46,904 nucleotides of DNA from a virus. Taxonomy: Duplodnaviria; Caudoviricetes. Below, one piece after another: positions 33,241-41,389 of the stretch. The notes below the pieces were generated by a model. It worked only from the letters and a program-made list of their open reading frames with translations. It did not search any database and was not told the origin of the DNA. The position numbers and the translations under genes were made by a program. Position 1 is the stretch's first letter. Every line of letters starts with the position of its first letter. The stretch is taken from IMG/VR virus record IMGVR_UViG_3300037991_001826, positions 1 through 46,904 of that record. One strand, 5' to 3'.

Positions 33241-34842
33241 TTATTCTTCTATTGGTGGTTCTTGTTGTTCACCCATCAATTGTTGTTGCATCTCAGCAGC
33301 AAGTTGAGGGTTCTTAGTTGGGTCCATCATTGGAGTACCAGCTAATTGACCAGCTTGATCTGTAAGAGATTGCTGTGTCTGCGCTTGTTGTGCAGCTTGC
33401 ATCTCTTCAGCCATCTGCTGTTCTGTCTTAACAAGATTAAGAATGTCAATTCCTTGTGCAGCTGCTAGGCGTTTGATTGCTTCTAGTGGCTGTACATATT
33501 TCATCAAAGCTTCTGGTCCTAATGTCTGAGCAATAGTTCCAATAAACTGTGTCAAAGATTCTCTATCTTGTCCTCTACCTAGAGCGTTAATACCAGCTAC
33601 GATTGTAGGTCTGACTATATCTTTAGGTAACTTAGGTATCTGATTACTTCTCTGTAAAACTAATAAGGTTCTGTTGAGATAAGGTATCAGGAACTCAACA
33701 GTTAATAGTGAAAAGATTCCACCTAGCTGCTGCTCTAGTTCCAACTGAGTAAGGCGTACCTCCTCTGCTGTTACCCTCTCGGCATTCCTTATATTCATAA
33801 CTAAGAATGCTTCTTTCAATCTTCTATCTATAGATTGAGTCATTCTTTCTGCTGTCGCAAAGTCTGCTGTCTTGCCTACTTGGACGACCTGTACATCTTC
33901 TGCCCTTCCTTGCACGATCGCTCCGGAACCAGCCTTTGCAATTGTTTGAGGTTTGGTAGTTGAAGATGGACTGACCAGAAAGATTACTTTAGCTGCGGCT
34001 GCGCTGCCTTCTACTAAAGCTTGGGATAAACCTTCTAATGTTTTAAGGTCACCAAGAAACTCTTCTACTCTGCCACGACCGTAGTCTTCTCCGTCCACAG
34101 TATTAAAGCGTAAAACGAGCCAGGGACTGGCGTCTTTAGGTGCAGTGCTCTTACTTTTTGGTAGTACTTTACCAAATACTTCTTGATGCCATTGCCACCT
34201 ACCGTCAACTAATTTGACATAGGTAAAAACCTCGACGTCATCCTTCTCACTGTTCTGCGTTTCATCAACAACTGAGTTGGGAACTTCTTCTGGGATATCA
34301 AATTCTAATACCTTTCTACTAATTAATTCTTTAGTGACTATTTCTAAAACGTTACCGTTACCATCTCGGTTTACGACATACCTTGAAAGGGGAAATGTTT
34401 TTAGACCATCTTTACCCATAAAGATTAATGCATTGCCACCAACAATTAAATGTTTAAGTGCTTGATGAATAGTCACCCTGTCACTGGATGCAGCAATGTA
34501 GTCCATGATCATCTTCTCAATCTTAGAGAAGGACAAATCAAGTTCTCCTTTTACTTGTGGGTTATTAAATTCTTCGCCTAATTTATCTTCTCTTACTTGG
34601 AGTTTGAAGAAGCTTGTCTGTGGAGGTAAGACTGCGAGCATAAGCTTCGCAGCCAACGTCACACAACAGGAAGCTCCTACTGATTGCCAAGGTACCTTTA
34701 AGGATTCGTGGTTTGGTTTTGAATTTGTGTCGTCTTGTATAAGGTAAGGCAACGTAAGTTCAGAACACTCAATAGCTTTATCTAAGAACTGTCTTCGATC
34801 ATTGCTTAATTGATTGTATCTCTCACGTGCTGTTGTCTTCAT
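33241..34842 (-). CDS. Portal / head-tail connector (gp8)
   Basis: GEDYGRGRVEEFLGDL, ERVTAEEVR. Confidence 0.96.
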   Translation of the reverse strand: MKTTARERYNQLSNDRRQFLDKAIECSELTLPYLIQDDTNSKPNHESLKVPWQSVGASCCVTLAAKLMLAVLPPQTSFFKLQVREDKLGEEFNNPQVKGELDLSFSKIEKMIMDYIAASSDRVTIHQALKHLIVGGNALIFMGKDGLKTFPLSRYVVNRDGNGNVLEIVTKELISRKVLEFDIPEEVPNSVVDETQNSEKDDVEVFTYVKLVDGRWQWHQEVFGKVLPKSKSTAPKDASPWLVLRFNTVDGEDYGRGRVEEFLGDLKTLEGLSQALVEGSAAAAKVIFLVSPSSTTKPQTIAKAGSGAIVQGRAEDVQVVQVGKTADFATAERMTQSIDRRLKEAFLVMNIRNAERVTAEEVRLTQLELEQQLGGIFSLLTVEFLIPYLNRTLLVLQRSNQIPKLPKDIVRPTIVAGINALGRGQDRESLTQFIGTIAQTLGPEALMKYVQPLEAIKRLAAAQGIDILNLVKTEQQMAEEMQAAQQAQTQQSLTDQAGQLAGTPMMDPTKNPQLAAEMQQQLMGEQQEPPIEE

Positions 34843-35103
34843 TTATTTATTGATTCCTCCGCCGGCTCCTTGATTGGCTCCGGTATTAACGTTTGGTGCT
34901 AAAGGTATCATTAACTGACTTGAGCCTTGTGCGTTTTCGCCAGTTGCTTTCTTTGTTTTAGCTTTAAGTACCTGTGGGTTTATGTCCTGTTCAACTGGCT
35001 CCGGTGTTGGTAATGGAGCTGGAGGTGCAGGAGGTACTGGTGGTGGTGGTGGCAATGGAGCTGGTGGTGGTGGTGCTGGGTTTCCCCCTCCGAATACACA
35101 CAT
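34843..35103 (-). CDS. Pro-rich small virion protein
   Basis: MC..GG N-terminus with poly-Pro; directly before portal. Confidence 0.65.
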   Translation of the reverse strand: MCVFGGGNPAPPPPAPLPPPPPVPPAPPAPLPTPEPVEQDINPQVLKAKTKKATGENAQGSSQLMIPLAPNVNTGANQGAGGGINK

Positions 35104-35300
35104 TAGATTTCTTCCTCCATAATGGATCTTATATATTCAATGACGCTGGCTTGTCCAGCTCGGTACATTATTGTCTGTACATCTTCTTTAGGATGGATTG
35201 GCTTCCATCCAAAATTTTCCTCAAGATTATTTATAAGCTTGTCTAACCTATCGTTATGAAGCCTAAGCGTATTGAGGGAGATTTCGGTTGTCATGCTCAA
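35103..35300 (-). CDS. Conserved hypothetical protein (IMYRAGQASV)
   Basis: Synteny before portal. Confidence 0.7.
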   Translation of the reverse strand: MSMTTEISLNTLRLHNDRLDKLINNLEENFGWKPIHPKEDVQTIMYRAGQASVIEYIRSIMEEEI

Positions 35301-35976
35301 AGAACGCCGGCATTCTGCCAGCCTTAGTTTCGTTTAATTGTGGTGCTTTGCCTTCATACATAAGGCGGTCGCTTGCATCGAGCCAAAATTTTTTGCTCAA
35401 ATATTTATCGTCATTCTGCATAGCCAGTGGCTGCATAATCCAATTGATCGTAGCCTTCCTTAGTTTGTCTAGAGATGGGCTAGGTGTTAGCCCTAACTCT
35501 AGTGATACCAGGGAGTTTGTTGCTACGTGGACTTGTTCGTCACGGGAGATGTCTGCCGAAACAGTCATCAATCCAGAGTCTCCATTGAATCTGAAGAACG
35601 GTAAGAGAACAAAGAATATAGCTCGCTCTATAACAAGAGCTTTTAATATTGTGTGATCAGCATGTTGCATCCAAGCATCTCTTAGGCGTAGTGCCTCAGC
35701 TTCAGCTTGATCATTTACGCCGTGGGCGTTGGTGATGTATCCGAGTGCGAGGTCATGCTTGATCTCATCTTTCACGTTTGATTCCAGAAGTTCTCTAGCC
35801 TTCTCAGGAATTTCATCGAGTGCTTCTGATATAAAGTCGCCAACTGGTAGTTCCATGTGGCGTACTGCAAGAGCACGGTAGATGGTTTCTTCTGCTCCAT
35901 CTTTAAATTTTCCTTTGGTGGTTTGGACTGGTGTCCAAGTTCTTTTTCTTTTTAATAATTTTTCGTAAGGGTTCAT
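35263..35976 (-). CDS. nrdB: Ferritin-like RNR beta subunit
   Basis: Di-metal motifs DEIKH and DEQVH; ATGA-coupled to RNR alpha. Confidence 0.7.
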   Translation of the reverse strand: MNPYEKLLKRKRTWTPVQTTKGKFKDGAEETIYRALAVRHMELPVGDFISEALDEIPEKARELLESNVKDEIKHDLALGYITNAHGVNDQAEAEALRLRDAWMQHADHTILKALVIERAIFFVLLPFFRFNGDSGLMTVSADISRDEQVHVATNSLVSLELGLTPSPSLDKLRKATINWIMQPLAMQNDDKYLSKKFWLDASDRLMYEGKAPQLNETKAGRMPAFFEHDNRNLPQYA

Positions 35977-37376
35977 TGTTGACAGTCACAACTCATTTCG
36001 TCTGGTTTGTTGCTCATTATGTCTGCCAAGTAACTTTCTATCTCTGACTCATCCAGTGCTGCGTAGGCATCTGACTTATCTTGCGTATCTGAAATAACTT
36101 GAAGTGCATAATAAAGAGAAGTCTGTGGTGATTTCATCCACTCTTCTATAAATGCCTCATCGTAAGTCACCATGTCGCTCCAAGAATTGAAGCTATAGCC
36201 ATGAAGCAAGCCTGTTTTATCTAGCATCAACATGATGTTGTCAGCTACTTTTTTGTATGCATCCCAGCCTACTTCGCTGGCAATTTCTACGTCTCCGTAT
36301 TCGTATCTGGTTACGCCAAACTCTCCTGAGTCTCGGTCGACTACACGACTTATGGGTGGGGCGATTTCTGGTGTAGAAGTGAACCCTTCTAGATCCTTAC
36401 TTCTATATGAACATGATGCAGTAGGAGCTATGGCAAATGCTCTTACCATATTATTTTTTCTGGCTATGTTCGCTGCATCTTCAATCGCAAAGAGTAATTC
36501 TCTTGCTGCATAGCCGGCTGGTGAAAACTCAAACGGGACGCCAGAGTTTATCTTCTCTAGTTCGTTTCCGAATTGTTTGTAGGTGATGTGGTTTTGTCTG
36601 AGGAAGTTGGCCAAGCCAAGCATTCCGAACCCGACTTGCCTATCGATACTCGAGGGTAAGTATTCTCCAGACCCTCCAACACCTGTTCTGCCATGAAGAT
36701 CGCACAGCTCGGACATACCTTTAGAGAAAGTTTGTCTGAGGTCGCGCACACTACAGGCACCGAGATTGGCATGCTGGAGCAAGCAAGTTCCACGTGAGGG
36801 CAAGTAAACTTCCAGGCAGACGTTGGAGTAGATTCTGTTGTTTTTGTCATCGTATTTTACTTTGTTGAGCCAAATATCTCCCGCTGCAATTCCTCGTAGG
36901 ATTGCTTCCTTTGTTCCAGCTTCTGTATTATCCCACCACTCTGGGGTGACATCAACACATCGCTTAACCCATGGGAGTTCTTCTCTTTTTGCGAGCACGA
37001 ACTCAAGAATATCGGGGTGATTAATATCAAGGTGCAAGACACAGGCACCATTGCGGTACGTACCGCCTCTTCTAAGTATTTCATTTAATGTTGAGTAGAT
37101 TTTTCCGAAGGACACTGGACCGCTTGCAACAAGCGTGTCAGGTCCCTTATTTGTTTCAGTTCCTTTGGGTCGCAGTTTCGACAGGTGGACTGCAACTCCT
37201 GCTCCAAAGCGCAGAGCATGCGATACAAATCGCCAGCTTGCTTCGATTCCATTTGCTCCCTCCATTGAGTCTTCAACTACGAAGATCGTGCAACTAACGG
37301 GTAGACGTGAGGTGGGATTATCAATCCATTGCTGGACTCTTCCAGTCCTAGCTATTGTTTCTGGTTCGGTATTCAA
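35973..37376 (-). CDS. nrdA: Ribonucleotide reductase large subunit (cyanopodovirus type)
   Basis: PVSC, RRGG, NVCLE, AIAPTAS, SLYY and a C-terminal CDC. Confidence 0.9.
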   Translation of the reverse strand: MNTEPETIARTGRVQQWIDNPTSRLPVSCTIFVVEDSMEGANGIEASWRFVSHALRFGAGVAVHLSKLRPKGTETNKGPDTLVASGPVSFGKIYSTLNEILRRGGTYRNGACVLHLDINHPDILEFVLAKREELPWVKRCVDVTPEWWDNTEAGTKEAILRGIAAGDIWLNKVKYDDKNNRIYSNVCLEVYLPSRGTCLLQHANLGACSVRDLRQTFSKGMSELCDLHGRTGVGGSGEYLPSSIDRQVGFGMLGLANFLRQNHITYKQFGNELEKINSGVPFEFSPAGYAARELLFAIEDAANIARKNNMVRAFAIAPTASCSYRSKDLEGFTSTPEIAPPISRVVDRDSGEFGVTRYEYGDVEIASEVGWDAYKKVADNIMLMLDKTGLLHGYSFNSWSDMVTYDEAFIEEWMKSPQTSLYYALQVISDTQDKSDAYAALDESEIESYLADIMSNKPDEMSCDCQQ

Positions 37377-37566
37377 TTTCGTTCTGTAGGTAGTGGACGG
37401 CTTTTTGTAAATCTTCTATATCGTTATGTTTATATCCTGCTCTGCATATGTACTTGATCACGTTTCCGAGGTGGAATCCGAGTCCTTGGTCTCTAATAAA
37501 ATCCCAAACATCAATGGCACCTCGTCTGTAGTACGAGGGTCCGTGGTCGTTGGTGGTTTTGGCCAT
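37348..37566 (-). CDS. DUF3310 / T7 gp1.7-like protein
   Basis: PSYY..G.IDVWDFI...GNVIKYICRAGYK..EDLQKA..YL. Confidence 0.85.
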   Translation of the reverse strand: MAKTTNDHGPSYYRRGAIDVWDFIRDQGLGFHLGNVIKYICRAGYKHNDIEDLQKAVHYLQNEIEYRTRNNS

Positions 37567-37775
37567 TTTTCTATAAGGTTTTTTACACAATTTCCTAAGA
37601 CAAATGCTTGCTCCTGTAGAGCTAGAAGGACAACAGTTATGTCCTCCTTTTTTGTCTCTGGTTTTGAACATTGGATTTCAAGCTGGCGTAGCTTCAAGTC
37701 CTGCTCCATCGTCAACTCTGTAACCGGTCGTGGGGGTCCAGAGTATGGGTTCTTTTTTTTCTGAGTCATAATCAT
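37458..37775 (-). CDS. nblA: NblA-like protein (start uncertain)
   Basis: LTMEQDLKLR...LLALQEQ.F..N..KNL resembles the NblA two-helix pattern. Confidence 0.6.
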   Translation of the reverse strand: MIMTQKKKNPYSGPPRPVTELTMEQDLKLRQLEIQCSKPETKKEDITVVLLALQEQAFVLGNCVKNLIEKWPKPPTTTDPRTTDEVPLMFGILLETKDSDSTSET

Positions 37776-38442
37776 CGACAGTTAGTATCCGAGCGAGTCT
37801 TGCATTTACTAATGCATCCTCTTCTGTCATGCCTTTCTCTTCAAAAGTTTCTACAACTGCTTTCCATGTGTAGCCTTTTAATTTAAAGATTTGTTCGGCA
37901 CGTTTTATCCCAATTCCTGGCACACCCGAGTAACCATCTGTGTTGTCGCCACTCATGGTTTGTATTAGATGCCATCTAGCACCCTCTTCTGGAGTAATGT
38001 CTACGGTTTCTTTGAAGTCATATAACTTGCCAGCTATCTGCCTCATGTCCTTATCAGGAGAGACTATAACGTTGTCTGGGTACTTGGTTGCGTAGATACC
38101 TAGTGCATCGTCAGCTTCCAATCCTTCCCGAACAATTACCTTATAATCTTGTTTAAGTTTGTTTACTACCCTTTTGAATCCACAGGGCTTTTTTCTATTT
38201 CGATGCCCTTTGTATTCCGGAAAAATTTTTTTCCTAAAATTATTGGGGCTTGTAAAAAATAGAATAAGATCCGAAAATTCGCCAAATTCTTGTTTTATTC
38301 TGTCTAACTCTCTTTGAACACATTTGTATGCTTCGCTGAAGCTAGAACTAACAACAATTACGTCATCTCCGTAATCAATCTCTGTTTCTGTAGCTGCACA
38401 ACATTTATAAACAATGTAATCGCAATCAATCAGTAATTTCAT
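37678..38442 (-). CDS. 5'-3' exonuclease (T7 gp6-like)
   Basis: LLIDCD, YKGHR, LEADD, SPDKD, GDNTDGYSGVPGIG. Confidence 0.93.
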   Translation of the reverse strand: MKLLIDCDYIVYKCCAATETEIDYGDDVIVVSSSFSEAYKCVQRELDRIKQEFGEFSDLILFFTSPNNFRKKIFPEYKGHRNRKKPCGFKRVVNKLKQDYKVIVREGLEADDALGIYATKYPDNVIVSPDKDMRQIAGKLYDFKETVDITPEEGARWHLIQTMSGDNTDGYSGVPGIGIKRAEQIFKLKGYTWKAVVETFEEKGMTEEDALVNARLARILTVDDYDSEKKEPILWTPTTGYRVDDGAGLEATPA

Positions 38443-38750
38443 TCCCAAAACGCCTCCAATCCAACTGGTACTTTCTTTGAATGCCAATAAACTCTTTCAG
38501 TTATTGGATTCACGCAAATCATGTAAACATCGTCAGGAAGTTTGCTTAATCTGGGATTTGGGTAGTAATTATCCTTATATCTTTTAGTGTCAACTTTTAC
38601 ATCGCACTTATAGGACTTTCCATTGATGTGGAGAATCAAATCATAAGGTCCTACTTTGTAGGCATTCCTCGAAACTTCACATTCTTTTCTACTGGCTTTA
38701 TATAGGACTAAATATTCCCATGAGTCGCCATTTCTATCTATTTTTTTCAT
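38439..38750 (-). CDS. PD-(D/E)XK-like endonuclease
   Basis: E...GPYDLIL...YKCDVK. Confidence 0.6.
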   Translation of the reverse strand: MKKIDRNGDSWEYLVLYKASRKECEVSRNAYKVGPYDLILHINGKSYKCDVKVDTKRYKDNYYPNPRLSKLPDDVYMICVNPITERVYWHSKKVPVGLEAFWE

Positions 38751-38753
38751 AAA

Positions 38754-40025
38754 TTAATGTACGTCTGCCCATGTCTCTCCATGCTTCGCATCAGCGGCGA
38801 TTGGGCATCTTAGGTTGTAGTATTCTCCAGCTAGAGTTGCTGACGCTTCTAGTCCATACCTTGTGGAGATGATATCTTTTGGTTCGCATTCAAACTGCAA
38901 TTCATCGTGAATGAAGGCTAGTTGATGTGTGTGAACATTATTTTTCTTAAATAAGTCGTTAGCTATTACCATCCAACGCTTCGCGATGACTCCTGCGGAG
39001 CACTGCAAAAGGTAGTTGAGACTCTTATGAGTTGAGTCAACTGGTACACGCCTTCCATCGATAGCTTTCAGCCATCCACCTGATCCCTTCTTTACGACGG
39101 CATCCTGTAGTTCAGCTAGTCCATCAATAGCTTCGACGTATGCTTTGCGAATTTCTTTTCCTTTCTTCTTAGCTTGGTCTGACTTCAAGGTGCTGTCGTA
39201 CGACAAACCTAGTCGCTCATTGCCCGAACCATATAAGTAGGCATAAGTTACAGTCTTGACTTGTCTTCTTGAGATGCCAATCTTATCAGCGTTTATCTGA
39301 TGAATGTCATCGTTAAGTAGAAGGTCGGCATATCTGCCACCGTCATATCTCGCTAAATAATGAGCGAGTAATCGTAACTCGATTTGAGCTAAGTCAGATC
39401 CCACCATTACCAGTCCTGGACTGGCTTTGAAGAGTTCTCTAAATTCTTTTGAAGCAGGAACTTGCCCCAAATTTGGCTTCCGATGGGCACATCTAAAAGT
39501 ATTAGTTGCCATAGAGCAATGGTGATGTATTCTTCCATTACCAGTAACAAGCCTGTTGTAGGCGTTCACGCCGTCGGATATCATTCCAAGCTGCTTCTTT
39601 ATCGTCAAACATTTCGCACATTGATTCGAGAAGGGAATATTTATCTCCGTCAATGTAGTCTCGTCGATAATTGGTTTCCCAGTCGCTGTGGTCTTGGTCA
39701 GTTTGACATTCAAACGATTCGTCAGAATCCATGCTATGTGATCTCTTGATGTTGGGTTAAATTCTTTTAGTCTTTGGAGCTGTGCTCCTTCTCTGTATCC
39801 TTGGGATGAGTTATCTCGTTTAGGAGTGAACAACGCTCCTCCAATGAGAGGGAATTGTTCTCGAAGTACTTCAACAAGTTTTTCCATCTCTCCTCGGAGA
39901 TGTGATTCAAGTTGCTGACTTTTTGGTTCATCAAAGTACCATCCATGTATTTCTTGTTCCGTTAAAATTTCTGCGACGCGATGCTCTAATTGACAGGCGT
40001 CATTTAATGGTGGAAAAGTATTCAT
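38754..40025 (-). CDS. Family A DNA polymerase, polymerase domain
   Basis: DLAQIELR (motif A), RRQVKTVTYAYLYG (motif B), IHDE (motif C). Confidence 0.95.
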   Translation of the reverse strand: MNTFPPLNDACQLEHRVAEILTEQEIHGWYFDEPKSQQLESHLRGEMEKLVEVLREQFPLIGGALFTPKRDNSSQGYREGAQLQRLKEFNPTSRDHIAWILTNRLNVKLTKTTATGKPIIDETTLTEINIPFSNQCAKCLTIKKQLGMISDGVNAYNRLVTGNGRIHHHCSMATNTFRCAHRKPNLGQVPASKEFRELFKASPGLVMVGSDLAQIELRLLAHYLARYDGGRYADLLLNDDIHQINADKIGISRRQVKTVTYAYLYGSGNERLGLSYDSTLKSDQAKKKGKEIRKAYVEAIDGLAELQDAVVKKGSGGWLKAIDGRRVPVDSTHKSLNYLLQCSAGVIAKRWMVIANDLFKKNNVHTHQLAFIHDELQFECEPKDIISTRYGLEASATLAGEYYNLRCPIAADAKHGETWADVH

Positions 40026-40842
40026 TTAATTTTTTAATTCGTTGTAATGGAATTGCAGCAACATGAGGTACTACTCCATTTCCCAACGCGGTTATTCGAC
40101 TTTTGTGTAATCCACGGGTAAACCCATTATCTGTTCTACATATTGTGGATTTAGAACTATATCCGTTTGGATTGGGATTGAGGAAATATCTTCCGTTTGA
40201 CCAGCTTGAAGGGCGTTGAATAATTTTACTGTGTATGGATTCACAGCTTCTCTCAAGTTGCTCAATTTTGTTCTGCCTTTCCTGTGTATTGTTGTTTGCT
40301 TCACCATAGATTCGTAACCTCTCGGTGGGAGATAATCGAAAGTATTTGGGGTAGGCAATAATGAATACGCGCTCTCTTCTATGAACTCCTCGTGCATGTT
40401 TTGACACGGATAACACTTGCCATTCCGCATCGTACCCGCTTTTGGCAATTTGGAAGAGGACTTCTTTAAAGGTTTTTCCTGAGTCGTGTCCGATAAGGTT
40501 TCTGACATTTTCAAATAAGGCAAATCTAGGTTGAAGCTCTCGCAACAATCTGATTCCTTGATAGAACAAAGATGATCTAGTACCTGATTTAATTCCTCTT
40601 TGATTGCCAGCGACTGAGATATCCTGGCACGGCCAGCCAATTGTGAGTAATTCGTATTGGTTTGGTTTAGCATTAAATGTATTTATGTCGTCATGTATTG
40701 GTACATTCGGCCAGTGTTTTTTTAAAATTTTCTGGCAAAATTCGTCTTTTTCTACAAACTGGGTGGTTGTATATCCTCCAACTAATTTCTCTGCACCATA
40801 AGAAAAGCCACCATACCCAGAAAATAAATCTAGGATTCGCAT
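40000..40842 (-). CDS. C5 DNA cytosine methyltransferase, alpha polypeptide
   Basis: LDLFSGYGG (I), GWPCQDIS (IV), ENV (VI), RERVFIIA (VIII), ALGNGV (X); no evident motif IX. Confidence 0.92.
   Translation of the reverse strand: MRILDLFSGYGGFSYGAEKLVGGYTTTQFVEKDEFCQKILKKHWPNVPIHDDINTFNAKPNQYELLTIGWPCQDISVAGNQRGIKSGTRSSLFYQGIRLLRELQPRFALFENVRNLIGHDSGKTFKEVLFQIAKSGYDAEWQVLSVSKHARGVHRRERVFIIAYPKYFRLSPTERLRIYGEANNNTQERQNKIEQLERSCESIHSKIIQRPSSWSNGRYFLNPNPNGYSSKSTICRTDNGFTRGLHKSRITALGNGVVPHVAAIPLQRIKKLNEYFSTIK
40092..40673 (-). CDS. Nested alternative-frame methyltransferase beta polypeptide (start uncertain)
   Basis: Same strand, different frame; LLPTP and C-terminal LNPQYVEQIMGLPVDYT (motif IX-like). 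Confidence 0.7.
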   Translation of the reverse strand: MLNQTNTNYSQLAGRARISQSLAIKEELNQVLDHLCSIKESDCCESFNLDLPYLKMSETLSDTTQEKPLKKSSSKLPKAGTMRNGKCYPCQNMHEEFIEESAYSLLPTPNTFDYLPPRGYESMVKQTTIHRKGRTKLSNLREAVNPYTVKLFNALQAGQTEDISSIPIQTDIVLNPQYVEQIMGLPVDYTKVE

Positions 40843-41360
40843 ACTTTTTTCCTAAAGTGTTCAACTAATTTGATTGTTACTTGTACGTCTTGTACGCAAT
40901 AATCTTGCATTTCTTGTGACCATTCTTTCCAATCTGTGGTCTTACCAAACTCTCCTTTATATTCGCCAAGGCGATAGCCATAGCTTTCTAAACTATGTCT
41001 TCCATAAAGTTGTAGTGGCATTCTTGGTATATTCCTTCTCTTGTCTATATCCATCATGTTTGGATGGTACAGCCGAGATAGAGTAAGAGTATCAATAACA
41101 GTCCCACTAGGCTCAAACCAAGAGTAACTTTTCCGAAGAACAGGTAGATCAAAAGAAATAATATTATGACCGACAATAACATCAGCACTGGATAACCAAT
41201 GACAAGCTTCCGTGATCGGTCCGCATTGATCACCCTGATGATTAAATACGAAGGTTTCTTCCTTTTGGGCGTCATAGATGGCGATGCAATGTATCGTAGA
41301 AAAGTCATGTAATAATCCGTCGGTTTCGCAATCAAATATCAGCATTTGTTTTTCTGACAT
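40830..41360 (-). CDS. DNA polymerase 3'-5' exonuclease domain as a separate ORF
   Basis: FDCETDG (ExoI), GHNIISFD (ExoII), YCVQDV (ExoIII). Confidence 0.92.
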   Translation of the reverse strand: MSEKQMLIFDCETDGLLHDFSTIHCIAIYDAQKEETFVFNHQGDQCGPITEACHWLSSADVIVGHNIISFDLPVLRKSYSWFEPSGTVIDTLTLSRLYHPNMMDIDKRRNIPRMPLQLYGRHSLESYGYRLGEYKGEFGKTTDWKEWSQEMQDYCVQDVQVTIKLVEHFRKKVCES

Positions 41361-41389
41361 TCTTTTTCTTTTTAGGTTTTTTCTTTTCT

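Noticed and set aside
40000-40842. Intron or intein interrupting DNA polymerase
   Set aside because: The insert is fully coding and overlaps both flanking ORFs in other frames; no intein terminal residues or group I core seen.
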